From: Candidatus Falkowbacteria bacterium
GTDB taxonomy: Bacteria; Patescibacteriota; Patescibacteriia; Patescibacteriales; WJLG01
NCBI GenBank assembly: GCA_963747695.1
Contig: CAVVFV010000008.1
Span: 203,592-267,591, forward strand
Direction: 5' to 3'
Length of the DNA stretch: 64,000 nt
Shown: piece by piece, positions 28,032 through 37,089 of the stretch
How the letters are laid out: every line of letters starts with the position of its first letter
Numbering within the stretch: the stretch's first letter is position 1
Made by a program: the position numbers and the translations under genes
The notes under the pieces: generated by a model
Seen by the model: only the letters and a program-made list of their open reading frames with translations
Told to the model about the DNA's origin: nothing
Database searches by the model: none

Positions 28032-30722
28032 ATGGAAACCGCCTATCCCTTAAGTGAAAGAAAATTAGATAAGATTTTTAATCCGAAGACGATTGCCGTC
28101 ATCGGCGCTTCCGACCGCGAAGGCGGCGTGGGCAACGCGCTGATGAAGAATCTGATCGGCAATAATTTCGGCGGCATCGTTTATCCGGTTAATCCGGCGC
28201 GCGAGAGCGTGGCAGGCATCAAAGCTTACCCGAAAGTTTCCGACATTCCCGATAAAATCGATTTGGCGATCATCGCCACTCCGGCGCCTACCGTTACCGC
28301 CATCGTCGAGGAATGCGGCCAGGCCGGAGTTTCCGGAATAATTATTATTTCCTCGGGGTTTGACGAGATCGGCGCCAAGGGCCATAAGATGAGCGAGGAA
28401 ATTTTGTCGACCGCCCGCGAATATGGGATGCGCATCATCGGCCCGAACTGCCTGGGATTTATCCGGCCGTCGATTCATTTGAACGCCAGCTTTGCCAACA
28501 AGATGGCCTTGCCCGGTCATATCGCTTTCATTTCTCAGTCTGGCGCGCTCTGCACGGCCATTCTTGACTGGTCGTTGAAAAATAACGTCGGCTTTTCGCA
28601 ATTCGTTTCCATCGGTTCCAACATCGATATTTCTTTCCATGATCTGATTGATTATTTCGGCGACGATCCGGAAACGGACAGTATTTTGATTTATATGGAA
28701 TCGCTGACCGAGGCGCGGAAATTCATGTCAGCTGCCCGCGCTTTTTCCCGGAAAAAACCGATCGTGGTTTTGAAAGTCGGGCGCACCGAAGCCGGTTCCC
28801 AGGCGGCTAAGTCGCATACCGGCGCGATCACCGGCAACGATTCCGTTTATGACGCGGCTTTCGAGCGCGCGGGAATAATCCGCGTTGATGGCGCTTTGGA
28901 TTTGTTCCACGTGGCCAAGATGCTGGCGATGCAGCAACGTCCGGCGGATAACCGTGTCGCGGTCATTACCAATGCCGGCGGTCCGGGCGCGATTGCCGCC
29001 GACTGGCTGGCTATGAAAGGCGGACGCTTGGCCCAATTATCCCATACCACCGTGGCCGAGCTGAAAAAATTCTTGCCGGCTGCCGCTTCCACAGTCAATC
29101 CGGTGGATATTTTGGGTGATGCCGATCAGCATCGTTACCGGCAAGCGGTGGAATTATGTCTGGCTGATCCGAACGTTGACGCGGCTTTGGTTATTCTGAC
29201 GCCGCAGGAGATGACCAGCCCGACCGATGTCGCCCGACAGATCGTTTCGATAAAAAATAAAACCGGCAAAACTATGTTCGCTTCCTGGATGGGCGGCGAT
29301 GACGTTGCCGAAGGGCGGGTGATTTTGGAAAAAGGGCACATCCCGATTTACCGCACTCCGGAGGAAGCAGTGGATATTTTTATGTATGTTGACAGTTATC
29401 GCCGGCGTTTGGAATTCTTGAAGGAAACTCCGGGGTCGGTGCCTCATGCTTTTCAGCCGAAGACAGAAAAGAATCGTGAGCTGATTGAAAAAGTTATTGC
29501 CGATCATCGCACTGTGATGACCGAAGCCGAAGCCAAGGAAATGATCGCCAATTATGGAATTCCGGTCGCCAAGAACGGTACAGCCAATTCGGCTACTGAA
29601 GCCGGAGCAATCGCTTTCCAGATCGGCTTCCCGGTAGTGATGAAAATTCTCTCGCCGGATATTTTGCATAAAACCGATATCGGCGGCGTGAAGTTGAATA
29701 TCAGTTCGCGCTCCGAAGCGGAAGCGGCCTATCATGAAATTCTGGCCGGCGCGAAAAAAGGCGCACCGAAAGCTAAGATTGATGGCGTCTTTGTCGAGGC
29801 AATGACCAAAAAACGTTATGAGCTGCTGATCGGCTGCAAGAAGGATGAAATTTTCGGCCCGGCGATCGTCTTCGGCATGGGCGGCGTAGCCGTCGAAGTC
29901 TTCCGCGACACGGCGGTCGGCTTGCCGCCTTTGAATATGTCTCTGGCTTTGAAGATGATCCAGGAAACCAAAATTTATAAATTACTGGCAGGCTATCGGG
30001 GCATACCGGGCGTGGATATTGAAGCGATCCAATTCTTGCTTTATAAATTCGCTTATCTGGTCGCTGATTTTCCCGAGATCAAAGAATTGGATATCAATCC
30101 GTTCGCGGTCGATGAGAACGGCGGCGTGGTTTTGGACGCCAAAGTTATTTTGGATGAAAAAGTTTTGGGCGTCAAACATAAGCCCTACGCGCATTTGGTA
30201 ATTTCCCCTTATCCCAAAGAGCTGGAAAAAAATATTGTTTTGAAAAATAAGAAAAAAGTTTTGTTGCGCCCGATCCGTCCGGAAGATGAAAAATTAGAGC
30301 AGGAAATGATCGATAATTTTTCCGCTCGCACCATGCGTGATCGTTTTTTGGGGAGAGTGGCTAAGGTCAATTTGGAGATGCTGCGCGGCTTCACCCAGAT
30401 CGATTATGACCGTGAGATCGCCCTGGTCGGCGTGTTGACGGAGCGCGGCCGGGTGCGTTTTATCGGCGTGGTCAGATTGATCGCCGATCCTTACAATGAA
30501 TCGGCTAGCATGGCGATCGCTATTGCCGATCCCTGGCAAGCGCTTGGTTTAGGCGGCGAGATGGTCGATTATATTTTGGATATCGCCCGCGTCCGCGGCT
30601 TGAAAAAAGTCTGGGCCGAATTTTTTCCATCCAACGAGCGGATGAAAAAGATTTTGACTAAACGGAATTTTACCCTCAAGGAGCGCGGCAAGACGATGAT
30701 CGGGGAATTGGAACTTGGATAA
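28032..30722 (+). CDS. Pat-like protein: ADP-forming acetyl-CoA synthetase (alpha+beta) fused to a C-terminal GNAT acetyltransferase
   Basis: CoA-binding IAVIGASDREGGVG, phosphohistidine loop AAKSHTGAITG, ATP-grasp region, GNAT tail LRPIRPEDE...; 896 aa. Confidence 0.85.
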   Translation: METAYPLSERKLDKIFNPKTIAVIGASDREGGVGNALMKNLIGNNFGGIVYPVNPARESVAGIKAYPKVSDIPDKIDLAIIATPAPTVTAIVEECGQAGVSGIIIISSGFDEIGAKGHKMSEEILSTAREYGMRIIGPNCLGFIRPSIHLNASFANKMALPGHIAFISQSGALCTAILDWSLKNNVGFSQFVSIGSNIDISFHDLIDYFGDDPETDSILIYMESLTEARKFMSAARAFSRKKPIVVLKVGRTEAGSQAAKSHTGAITGNDSVYDAAFERAGIIRVDGALDLFHVAKMLAMQQRPADNRVAVITNAGGPGAIAADWLAMKGGRLAQLSHTTVAELKKFLPAAASTVNPVDILGDADQHRYRQAVELCLADPNVDAALVILTPQEMTSPTDVARQIVSIKNKTGKTMFASWMGGDDVAEGRVILEKGHIPIYRTPEEAVDIFMYVDSYRRRLEFLKETPGSVPHAFQPKTEKNRELIEKVIADHRTVMTEAEAKEMIANYGIPVAKNGTANSATEAGAIAFQIGFPVVMKILSPDILHKTDIGGVKLNISSRSEAEAAYHEILAGAKKGAPKAKIDGVFVEAMTKKRYELLIGCKKDEIFGPAIVFGMGGVAVEVFRDTAVGLPPLNMSLALKMIQETKIYKLLAGYRGIPGVDIEAIQFLLYKFAYLVADFPEIKELDINPFAVDENGGVVLDAKVILDEKVLGVKHKPYAHLVISPYPKELEKNIVLKNKKKVLLRPIRPEDEKLEQEMIDNFSARTMRDRFLGRVAKVNLEMLRGFTQIDYDREIALVGVLTERGRVRFIGVVRLIADPYNESASMAIAIADPWQALGLGGEMVDYILDIARVRGLKKVWAEFFPSNERMKKILTKRNFTLKERGKTMIGELELG

Positions 30723-31075
30723 AAAATTCCCCTCTTGGGAGGGGTGCCGAGCCCGGCGAATAGGTGCGGGTTTATTCCCGACATTATTTCAAATATCTTT
30801 GCCACTTTTTTTAAAAAAAGTGGCGCAAAAAATCGCGCGCTGGACAAATTTCCTATCACTCCGCTATCCCGCCAATGCGGGACTAGCAAAATTGCTATAC
30901 TTGTCCCGCTTTTATTAATAATATTATAATAAGGAGGCGGGACTTCGAACAACGCAATTTTGCACGGCTTCCCTGTCCCGCCAGCGGCGGTGATACGCTT
31001 CGTGATTACGGAAATTTTCCAATGCGCGCTACAAGGAAATTTATTATTTTGACAAATAAAAAAGCGCCGGAACTC
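30721..31075 (+). repeat. J-repeat copy B
   Basis: Starts in the stop codon of the Pat-like gene; collinear with 24424-24737, with one extra inner hairpin gtcccgc...gcgggac. Confidence 0.85.
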
Positions 31076-31115
31076 GAGGTGAGTTCGGCGGCGCTTGCGG
31101 ATGAGTATGATGCCG

Positions 31116-31271
31116 TTATTTTTTCGGCGTTGCGGCTGGTTCCTGTGGAAGTGGTGGCAAGCGTTTCAATATTTCAGCCGTATTTTTCCTGACACCTTCA
31201 AGGTTCAACAGTATACACATCAACATGAGAATAACGGCGATAAAAAGGATATTTAAAACTATTGGGTTCAT
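31116..31271 (-). CDS. possible 51-aa single-pass membrane peptide
   Basis: MNPIVLNILFIAVILMLMCILL... from internal ATG of ORF 31116-31346. Confidence 0.3.
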   Translation of the reverse strand: MNPIVLNILFIAVILMLMCILLNLEGVRKNTAEILKRLPPLPQEPAATPKK

Positions 31272-31348
31272 AAAACCTTCCAGAAGAATGTGAAAGTGCA
31301 AGATTTGATATATTAATATAATATCATATTTAACTAATTTTGTCAATA

Positions 31349-33001
31349 ATGTGGGAATCGATTAAGAAAAATAGGGAAATCGCGGTTTTTATCGCATTTT
31401 TAATCATCGGGTTGGCTGTTTACGCCAACTCTTTTGGCAACCAGTTTTTTTGGGATGATAATGACGAGATCGTTAATAATATTTACGTCCAGCATTTTGA
31501 TGTCAGCAAGATGTTTTCGCAGAGCATGATTTCCGGCGCCGGGCAAACCGATAATTATTACCGGCCGATCCTGCTTTTGTCGTACGCCGTGGATTATCAG
31601 CTTTGGGGAATGAATCCGTTCGGTTTCAATCTGATCGATGTGCTGCTGCACATCTTTAACGCGTGGCTGATTTTTATTTTATTATATTTCCTTTTGTCGT
31701 TGCGGCAAACCGCGTCCACTGAACCACCCTCCAACTCCTCCTTTGAGAGGAAGGGGGTTTGGCTGGCGTTTTTGCCGGCGCTGATTTTTTTGGTTCACCC
31801 GCTAAACACCGAAGCGGTCGATTATGTTTCCGGGCGAGCCGACGTCTTGTACGCTTTTTGGGCGCTTTTATCGCTTTTATTCTATTATTATTTTTTTCAA
31901 GCCAAAAACGTCAAGGGTAAGATCATCAACTATTCGGTCGCGGTGGTTTTTTTTATTTTTTCCCTGCTTACCAAAGAAACGGCTGTCGTGCTGCCGTTCC
32001 TGGCCGTGCTGATGGAGTTGGTTTTCCTGGCCAAGGGTGATTGGCGGACCAAAACGAAAACGGCCGCCAAAAATTCCTGGCCGTTTTTTTTGGTTTTAGC
32101 AGTTTATCTCCTGCTGCATTTGACGGTTTTTAATTTCAGCCATCTGGCCGGCGTTCCGATCGGTTGTCAGGGGGAATATTGCTCTTTCGGGATCGTTAAG
32201 CGGTTTTTGGTTTTCGGATCGGTGACCTTGAATTATTTTCAGATTTTATTCGTGCCGCTCGGTTTACATATGGAAAGGGCGGTGACGGAGTTCGGTTCGG
32301 TTTATTCCTGGAAAACTCTGGCGGCCTGGTTCGCCGTGCTGGTCTGGGCGGCGGTAGCGGTCATCTTTTGGAAAAAATCCCGGAGCATCGCCTTCGGATT
32401 ATTTTGGTTCTTCATCCTGCTGCTGCCGACTTCGGGAATCTTAGTCAGGATGAATTATCCGACCTACGAGCATTTTCTTTATCTGCCGATGATCGGATTT
32501 TGGCTGGCCCTCGGCGGCTTGATCTGCCTCGCCGCTGATAACCTTAAAAACGACCGGGTTTTACTCTTGGCGAAGATATTATTTTATGTTATGCTAAGCG
32601 CTTGTGTGGTTTTTTGGGGAATCCTGACGATCCGGCGCAACTTGATCTGGCATGATCCGATAACTTTCTACGAAAATAATTTAAAGTATTCGCCGCAGAG
32701 TTTTATCGAGCATACTAATCTGGGAATCGCTTACGATAATGCCGGACGACCAACCGAAGCGATAGCCCAATATCGCCAAGCGATTGGCATTGATGATGTT
32801 TATCCGCAAGTGCATTACGATCTGGCCAACGCTCTGGTGGGAGCGCAACAATACGACCAGGCGGAAAAGGAATATTTGCTCGCCATCGCCATGGATCCGG
32901 AATTTATTTTGCCTTACCGGAGTTTATATGATTTGTATAGTTATTTAGGGGAGAAGGATGAGGCAGGAGAAATTTTAAAAAAGATGCCCGGCAATAATTA
33001 A
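31349..33001 (+). CDS. GT-C-like membrane glycosyltransferase with C-terminal TPR repeats (TMTC/PMT_2-like)
   Basis: First loop FFWDDNDEI ... NYYRPILLLSY; about 11 TM spans; TPR tail YDNAGRPTEAIAQYRQAIGIDD...YDQAEKEYLLAIAMDP. Confidence 0.7.
   Translation: MWESIKKNREIAVFIAFLIIGLAVYANSFGNQFFWDDNDEIVNNIYVQHFDVSKMFSQSMISGAGQTDNYYRPILLLSYAVDYQLWGMNPFGFNLIDVLLHIFNAWLIFILLYFLLSLRQTASTEPPSNSSFERKGVWLAFLPALIFLVHPLNTEAVDYVSGRADVLYAFWALLSLLFYYYFFQAKNVKGKIINYSVAVVFFIFSLLTKETAVVLPFLAVLMELVFLAKGDWRTKTKTAAKNSWPFFLVLAVYLLLHLTVFNFSHLAGVPIGCQGEYCSFGIVKRFLVFGSVTLNYFQILFVPLGLHMERAVTEFGSVYSWKTLAAWFAVLVWAAVAVIFWKKSRSIAFGLFWFFILLLPTSGILVRMNYPTYEHFLYLPMIGFWLALGGLICLAADNLKNDRVLLLAKILFYVMLSACVVFWGILTIRRNLIWHDPITFYENNLKYSPQSFIEHTNLGIAYDNAGRPTEAIAQYRQAIGIDDVYPQVHYDLANALVGAQQYDQAEKEYLLAIAMDPEFILPYRSLYDLYSYLGEKDEAGEILKKMPGNN
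31722..31757 (+). repeat. diverged K-family element inside the TPR-glycosyltransferase
   Basis: aaccaccctccaactcctcctttgagaggaaggggg versus consensus aaccaccccNagNcccctccttNNaaaggagggg. Confidence 0.5.
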
Positions 33002-33093
33002 TTGCTATACTGTTATATTGCTATATTGTTAGGCAGCGAGAAAAATTTTTTTGCAAAATAACAATATGACAATATAGCAATATAACAATATGT
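33001..33093. repeat. A-family word palindrome
   Basis: attgctatactgttatattgctatattgtt ... aacaatatgacaatatagcaatataacaatatg; ends 4 nt before murJ ATG. Confidence 0.7.
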
Positions 33094-33097
33094 CAGC

Positions 33098-34771
33098 ATG
33101 ATTAAGAATTTTTTCAACAAACAGATTAATAGCATTACCGTGGCGGCGATCTTGGTCGCTTTGTCTTCGCTATTAAGCCGTTTGCTCGGAGTGTTTCGTG
33201 ATCATATTTTGGCGGGGCAGTTTGGCGCCGGTCCGACGCTCGATGCTTATTATGCCGCGTTCCGCGTTCCCGATCTGGTTTTCAATTTGCTGGTGCTCGG
33301 GGCGCTCTCGGCCGGTTTAATCCCGGTCTTTACCGGTTTGATCAAAGATTTTAAGGGTACGATGACCAACCTTTTCGGCTTGGAAAATACCGAGGCTTGG
33401 CGACTGATCAATAATATTCTGAATTTGATTCTAATCTCGATGGCCGTGCTTTCGGTGTTAGGAATAATTTTTGCCGACCCGATCATCAAAACGCTGATCG
33501 CTCCGGGATTCTCGCCGGCAATGCAGGCCAAGACCGCCGGCTTGAGTCGGATAATGTTCTTATCGCCGATCATCTTGGCCGTCTCCAGTATTTTCAGCGG
33601 CGTCTTGCAGACCTTCAAAAGATTTTTTATCTATTCGCTGGCGCCGATTATGTATAATGTCGGAATTATCTGCGGCGCCTTATTTTTAGTGCCGCTGTGG
33701 GGGATCTATGGTTTGGCCTGGGGCGTAGTTTTCGGCGCCTTGCTGCATATGTTCATCCAATTGCCGGCGGTTTTCACATTAGGTTACAAGTATCGCCCAT
33801 TCCTAAATCTGCGCGATGTCCATCTGCGGAAGATCCTGATGATGATGGTGCCGCGGACTTTGAGCCTGGCGGTTTCTCAATTGAATCTGGTGGTGATCAC
33901 TTTCATCGCTTCCGGGTTGGCTTCCGGCTCGCTGACGGTTTTCAATCTGGCCAATAATCTGCAATATTTTCCCATCGGCATTTTCGGCGTTTCTTTCGCC
34001 ATCGCCGCCTTTCCTTCGCTTTCTTCGGCCGCGGCTGATAATAAAAGATTGGTGCGGAATTTTTCTTGGACCATCAGGCAGATTTTATTTTTTATCGTGC
34101 CGTCGACTATTTTGCTTCTGGTCTTGCGGGCGCAGATCGTCCGCGTCATCCTCGGCTCCGGCCAATTCACTTGGCAGGACACGATGCTGACTTTCAACAC
34201 TTTGGGATTTTTCACCATCAGTCTTTTTGCTCAAGCGACCGCGCCTCTGCTGATCAGAGTCTTTTATGTCCGTGAAGATTCAACTACGCCATTCGTCATC
34301 GGAATAATTTCCGTGGCGGCGGAAAGGATAATCGCGCTCTATCTGGTGAACCGGATGGGCGTCGGCGGATTGGCCTTGGCTTTTTCGCTGGCCAATATTT
34401 TGAATTTTATACTCTTGTGGCTGATGCTCCATATTAAGCTGGGCGATCTGCTGGAAGGTAAGATCTTGGTTTCCGTCTTAAAATTTTCCGTGGCCGGATT
34501 GATCTGCGGTTTTATCGCCCAGGAAATGAAAGGTATCGTCTGGCCTTTTATCGATATGACTAGGTTCTTGGGTGTTTTAGTCCAAGGTTCGGCGGCCGGC
34601 CTTTGCGGTTTGCTTGTTTACGCCCTGTTCTGCTGGCTGCTTAGGAGCGAGGAAATGGCCAGCTTCATCTCCTCGGCCAAGAGCCGCCTTTTGCGGATTA
34701 TGGCGAAAAATCCGCCGGCCTTGCTCCAGTCGATCGACTCGATCGATGACGTGGATAAGAATAGTTTGTAA
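33098..34771 (+). CDS. murJ: lipid II flippase MurJ/MviN
   Basis: LLSRLLGVFRDHILAGQFGAGPTLDAYYAAFRVPDLVFNLLVLGALSAGLIP, 14-TM MOP architecture. Confidence 0.85.
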   Translation: MIKNFFNKQINSITVAAILVALSSLLSRLLGVFRDHILAGQFGAGPTLDAYYAAFRVPDLVFNLLVLGALSAGLIPVFTGLIKDFKGTMTNLFGLENTEAWRLINNILNLILISMAVLSVLGIIFADPIIKTLIAPGFSPAMQAKTAGLSRIMFLSPIILAVSSIFSGVLQTFKRFFIYSLAPIMYNVGIICGALFLVPLWGIYGLAWGVVFGALLHMFIQLPAVFTLGYKYRPFLNLRDVHLRKILMMMVPRTLSLAVSQLNLVVITFIASGLASGSLTVFNLANNLQYFPIGIFGVSFAIAAFPSLSSAAADNKRLVRNFSWTIRQILFFIVPSTILLLVLRAQIVRVILGSGQFTWQDTMLTFNTLGFFTISLFAQATAPLLIRVFYVREDSTTPFVIGIISVAAERIIALYLVNRMGVGGLALAFSLANILNFILLWLMLHIKLGDLLEGKILVSVLKFSVAGLICGFIAQEMKGIVWPFIDMTRFLGVLVQGSAAGLCGLLVYALFCWLLRSEEMASFISSAKSRLLRIMAKNPPALLQSIDSIDDVDKNSL

Positions 34772-34862
34772 AAATTACTAATCATCCATTAATAAAGGGC
34801 ATCTTGAAAAAGTGCCTTTTTTATTGATTGACCTTTAGTAAAAAAAACCGTAGTATAATAAT

Positions 34863-34980
34863 ATGATGCGAATACTACGAATTGTTCGCGAATACTACAA
34901 ATTAATTTAACGAATTAATATAGAATAATTCGATAAATAGTTCGCTGTATTCGCGAAAAATTTGTAGTATTCGCATTATG
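34863..34980. repeat. B-family ~120-bp palindromic element
   Basis: atgatgcgaatactacgaattgttcgcgaatactac ... gtattcgcgaaaaatttgtagtattcgcattat; 7 nt before lepA ATG. Confidence 0.8.
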
Positions 34981-34987
34981 TTTATTT

Positions 34988-36773
34988 ATGAAAAATATCA
35001 GAAACTTCTGTATTATCGCCCATATCGACCACGGCAAATCCACTTTTTCCGACCGGCTTTTAGAATTGACCGGTACGATCGAGAAGCGGAAAATGCGCGA
35101 ACAGTTTCTGGATAAATTGGATCTGGAGCGCGAGCGCGGCATCACCATCAAATTGAAACCCGTCACCATGCATTGGGAAGGGTATATTTTGAATCTTATT
35201 GACACGCCCGGGCACGTGGATTTTTCTTATGAAGTTTCCCGGTCGCTCGCGGCCGTCGAAGGTGCAATTCTCTTAATTGACGCCACGCAAGGGATCCAGG
35301 CCCAGACGCTCGCTAATTTATATCTCGCGATGAAAGAGGATCTGACCGTCATTCCGGTGATCAATAAGATCGATCTGCCGGCGGCCGATGTGCCGAAAGT
35401 GAAACAAGAAATAATCCATTTGATGGGCTGCAAGGATGAGGAGATTTTATTGGCTTCAGGAAAAACCGGCGAGGGCGTGGAAAAAGTTTTGCGGGAAGTG
35501 ATCGCCAAAGTTCCGGCCCCGGATCCGTCCCGCGAGGGGAATCCGACGCGGGCGCTGATTTTTGATTCCAATTACGACGAATATAAGGGCGTGGTGGCGC
35601 ATGTCCGGGTGATGGACGGCGCTTTCAAAAAAGGCGACAAGATAAAATTATATAACACTAAAACGGTCAGCGAAGTTTTGGACATTGGTATCTTTAATCC
35701 CGAATACCAACCGACCGGTGACTTGAGTACCGGCGAAGTCGGATATCTGGTTACCAGCTACAAAAATGTTACCGAGTGTGCGGTCGGCGATACGGTCACG
35801 ACCGTGGCGGACTTTGAGAAGATTGAACCGTTGAAAGGCTATGAAAAAGTCAACCCGATGGTTTTTGCCGGAGTTTTTCCTCGCGAGGGCGATGATTTTC
35901 AGGCACTGCGCGAAGCCATGGACCGCTTTAAGTTGAATGACGCCTCGCTTTCTTATGAACCGGAACATTCCGAAGCCTTGGGTTTTGGTTTTCGCTGCGG
36001 CTTCTTGGGATTATTGCATTTGGAAATTTTTCAGGAACGTCTTTCGAGAGAATTCAATCTGGACCTGATCGTTACCGTGCCGTCAGTAGCTTATAAAGTT
36101 TATAAACGGAATGGCGAGGAAGTGATCATCCGCACGCCGCAAAAATTGCCCAATCCGACCGAGATCGATCATGTTGAAGAGCCTTGGGTGGCCCTGGACG
36201 TGGTTGTGCCCAAAGAGTATATCGGCAAAGTTATGGAGTTGGCCGTGGATAAAAAAGGAATTTATAAAAATACCGAATATTTGGACGAGTCGAGAGTGAT
36301 TATGCATTATGATCTGCCGATGGCTTCGATCCTCACTGATTTTTATGATAAGATAAAAAGCGCCAGTTCCGGCTTTGCTTCGATCAATTACGATTTTTTG
36401 GATTATCGGCCGGCCAAAGTCGTCCGCCTGGATATCTTGGTAGCTGAAGAGCCGATTGAAGCATTATCGACGATCGTTTATGAAGATGATGCATTCCGTT
36501 CCGGACGCGCCGTAGTGGAAATTTTGAAAGATACTTTGTCGCGGCAGATGTTCGTCGTCAAATTGCAGGCGGCGGTGCAGGGGAAAGATCATCGCTTCGG
36601 AAAGATTGTCGGCTTTGCGCAAAGATGTTACCGCCAAATTATACGGCGGCGACGTTTCCCGCAAGCGCAAGCTTTTGGAAAAACAAAAAAAGGGCAAGAA
36701 GAAGATGATGGCCGCCGGGCGGGGATCGGTGGAGATACCACCGGAGACGTTCGTGAGGATATTAAAAAAATAA
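34988..36773 (+). CDS. lepA: elongation factor 4 (LepA); frame broken once near the 3' end as assembled
   Basis: G1 [10 protein letters not shown]3 DTPGHVDF. Conserved C-terminus [41 protein letters not shown]...[11 protein letters not shown] is in the +1 frame from the GGGG run 36580-36583 and stops at 36771-36773. The ORF-track tail to 36820 is out-of-frame read-through. Confidence 0.85.
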
Positions 36774-36780
36774 AAAAAAT

Positions 36781-36890
36781 AATCCGAACCCACAAAATAT
36801 CGCGAATACTACGAACATGATAACGAATTGATAAGTTCGGTTCGATAAAAGTTCGCAGTATTAGCGCATATAATTCGTAGTATTCGGATT
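36781..36890. repeat. B-family variant element
   Basis: aatccgaa...cgcgaatactacgaac ... ttcgtagtattcggatt. Confidence 0.6.
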
Positions 36891-36903
36891 ATATTATAAT
36901 AAT

Positions 36904-37008
36904 ATGATCAAGAGAAAAACAATAGTCAAAGTCGTTTGGATTTTCATCTCTTTCATGGTTATCTTTTCCATGGTCGCCTGGACCGTAGGAACTTCATTTA
37001 CGAGATAA
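36904..37008 (+). CDS. possible 34-aa membrane peptide
   Basis: Own translation MIKRKTIVKVVWIFISFMVIFSMVAWTVGTSFTR; sits between two B-family elements. Confidence 0.25.
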   Translation: MIKRKTIVKVVWIFISFMVIFSMVAWTVGTSFTR

Positions 37009-37032
37009 AATTTGCTGATGAGAATAAATTAT

Positions 37033-37089
37033 ATTCGATTCGCGGTTTTCGCGGCATTCGCATAAATTCGCAGATTCGCATCATATTTT
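37033..37089. repeat. B'-family half element
   Basis: attcgattcgcggttttcgcggcattcgcataaattcgcagattcgcatcatatttt runs into recJ ATG; twin of 8649-8700. Confidence 0.65.

Noticed and set aside
24424-31075. Calling the repeat-bracketed acs-pat block a transposon or genomic island
   Set aside because: There is no transposase, integrase, tRNA target or target-site duplication visible. It is kept only as a repeat-flanked cassette hypothesis.
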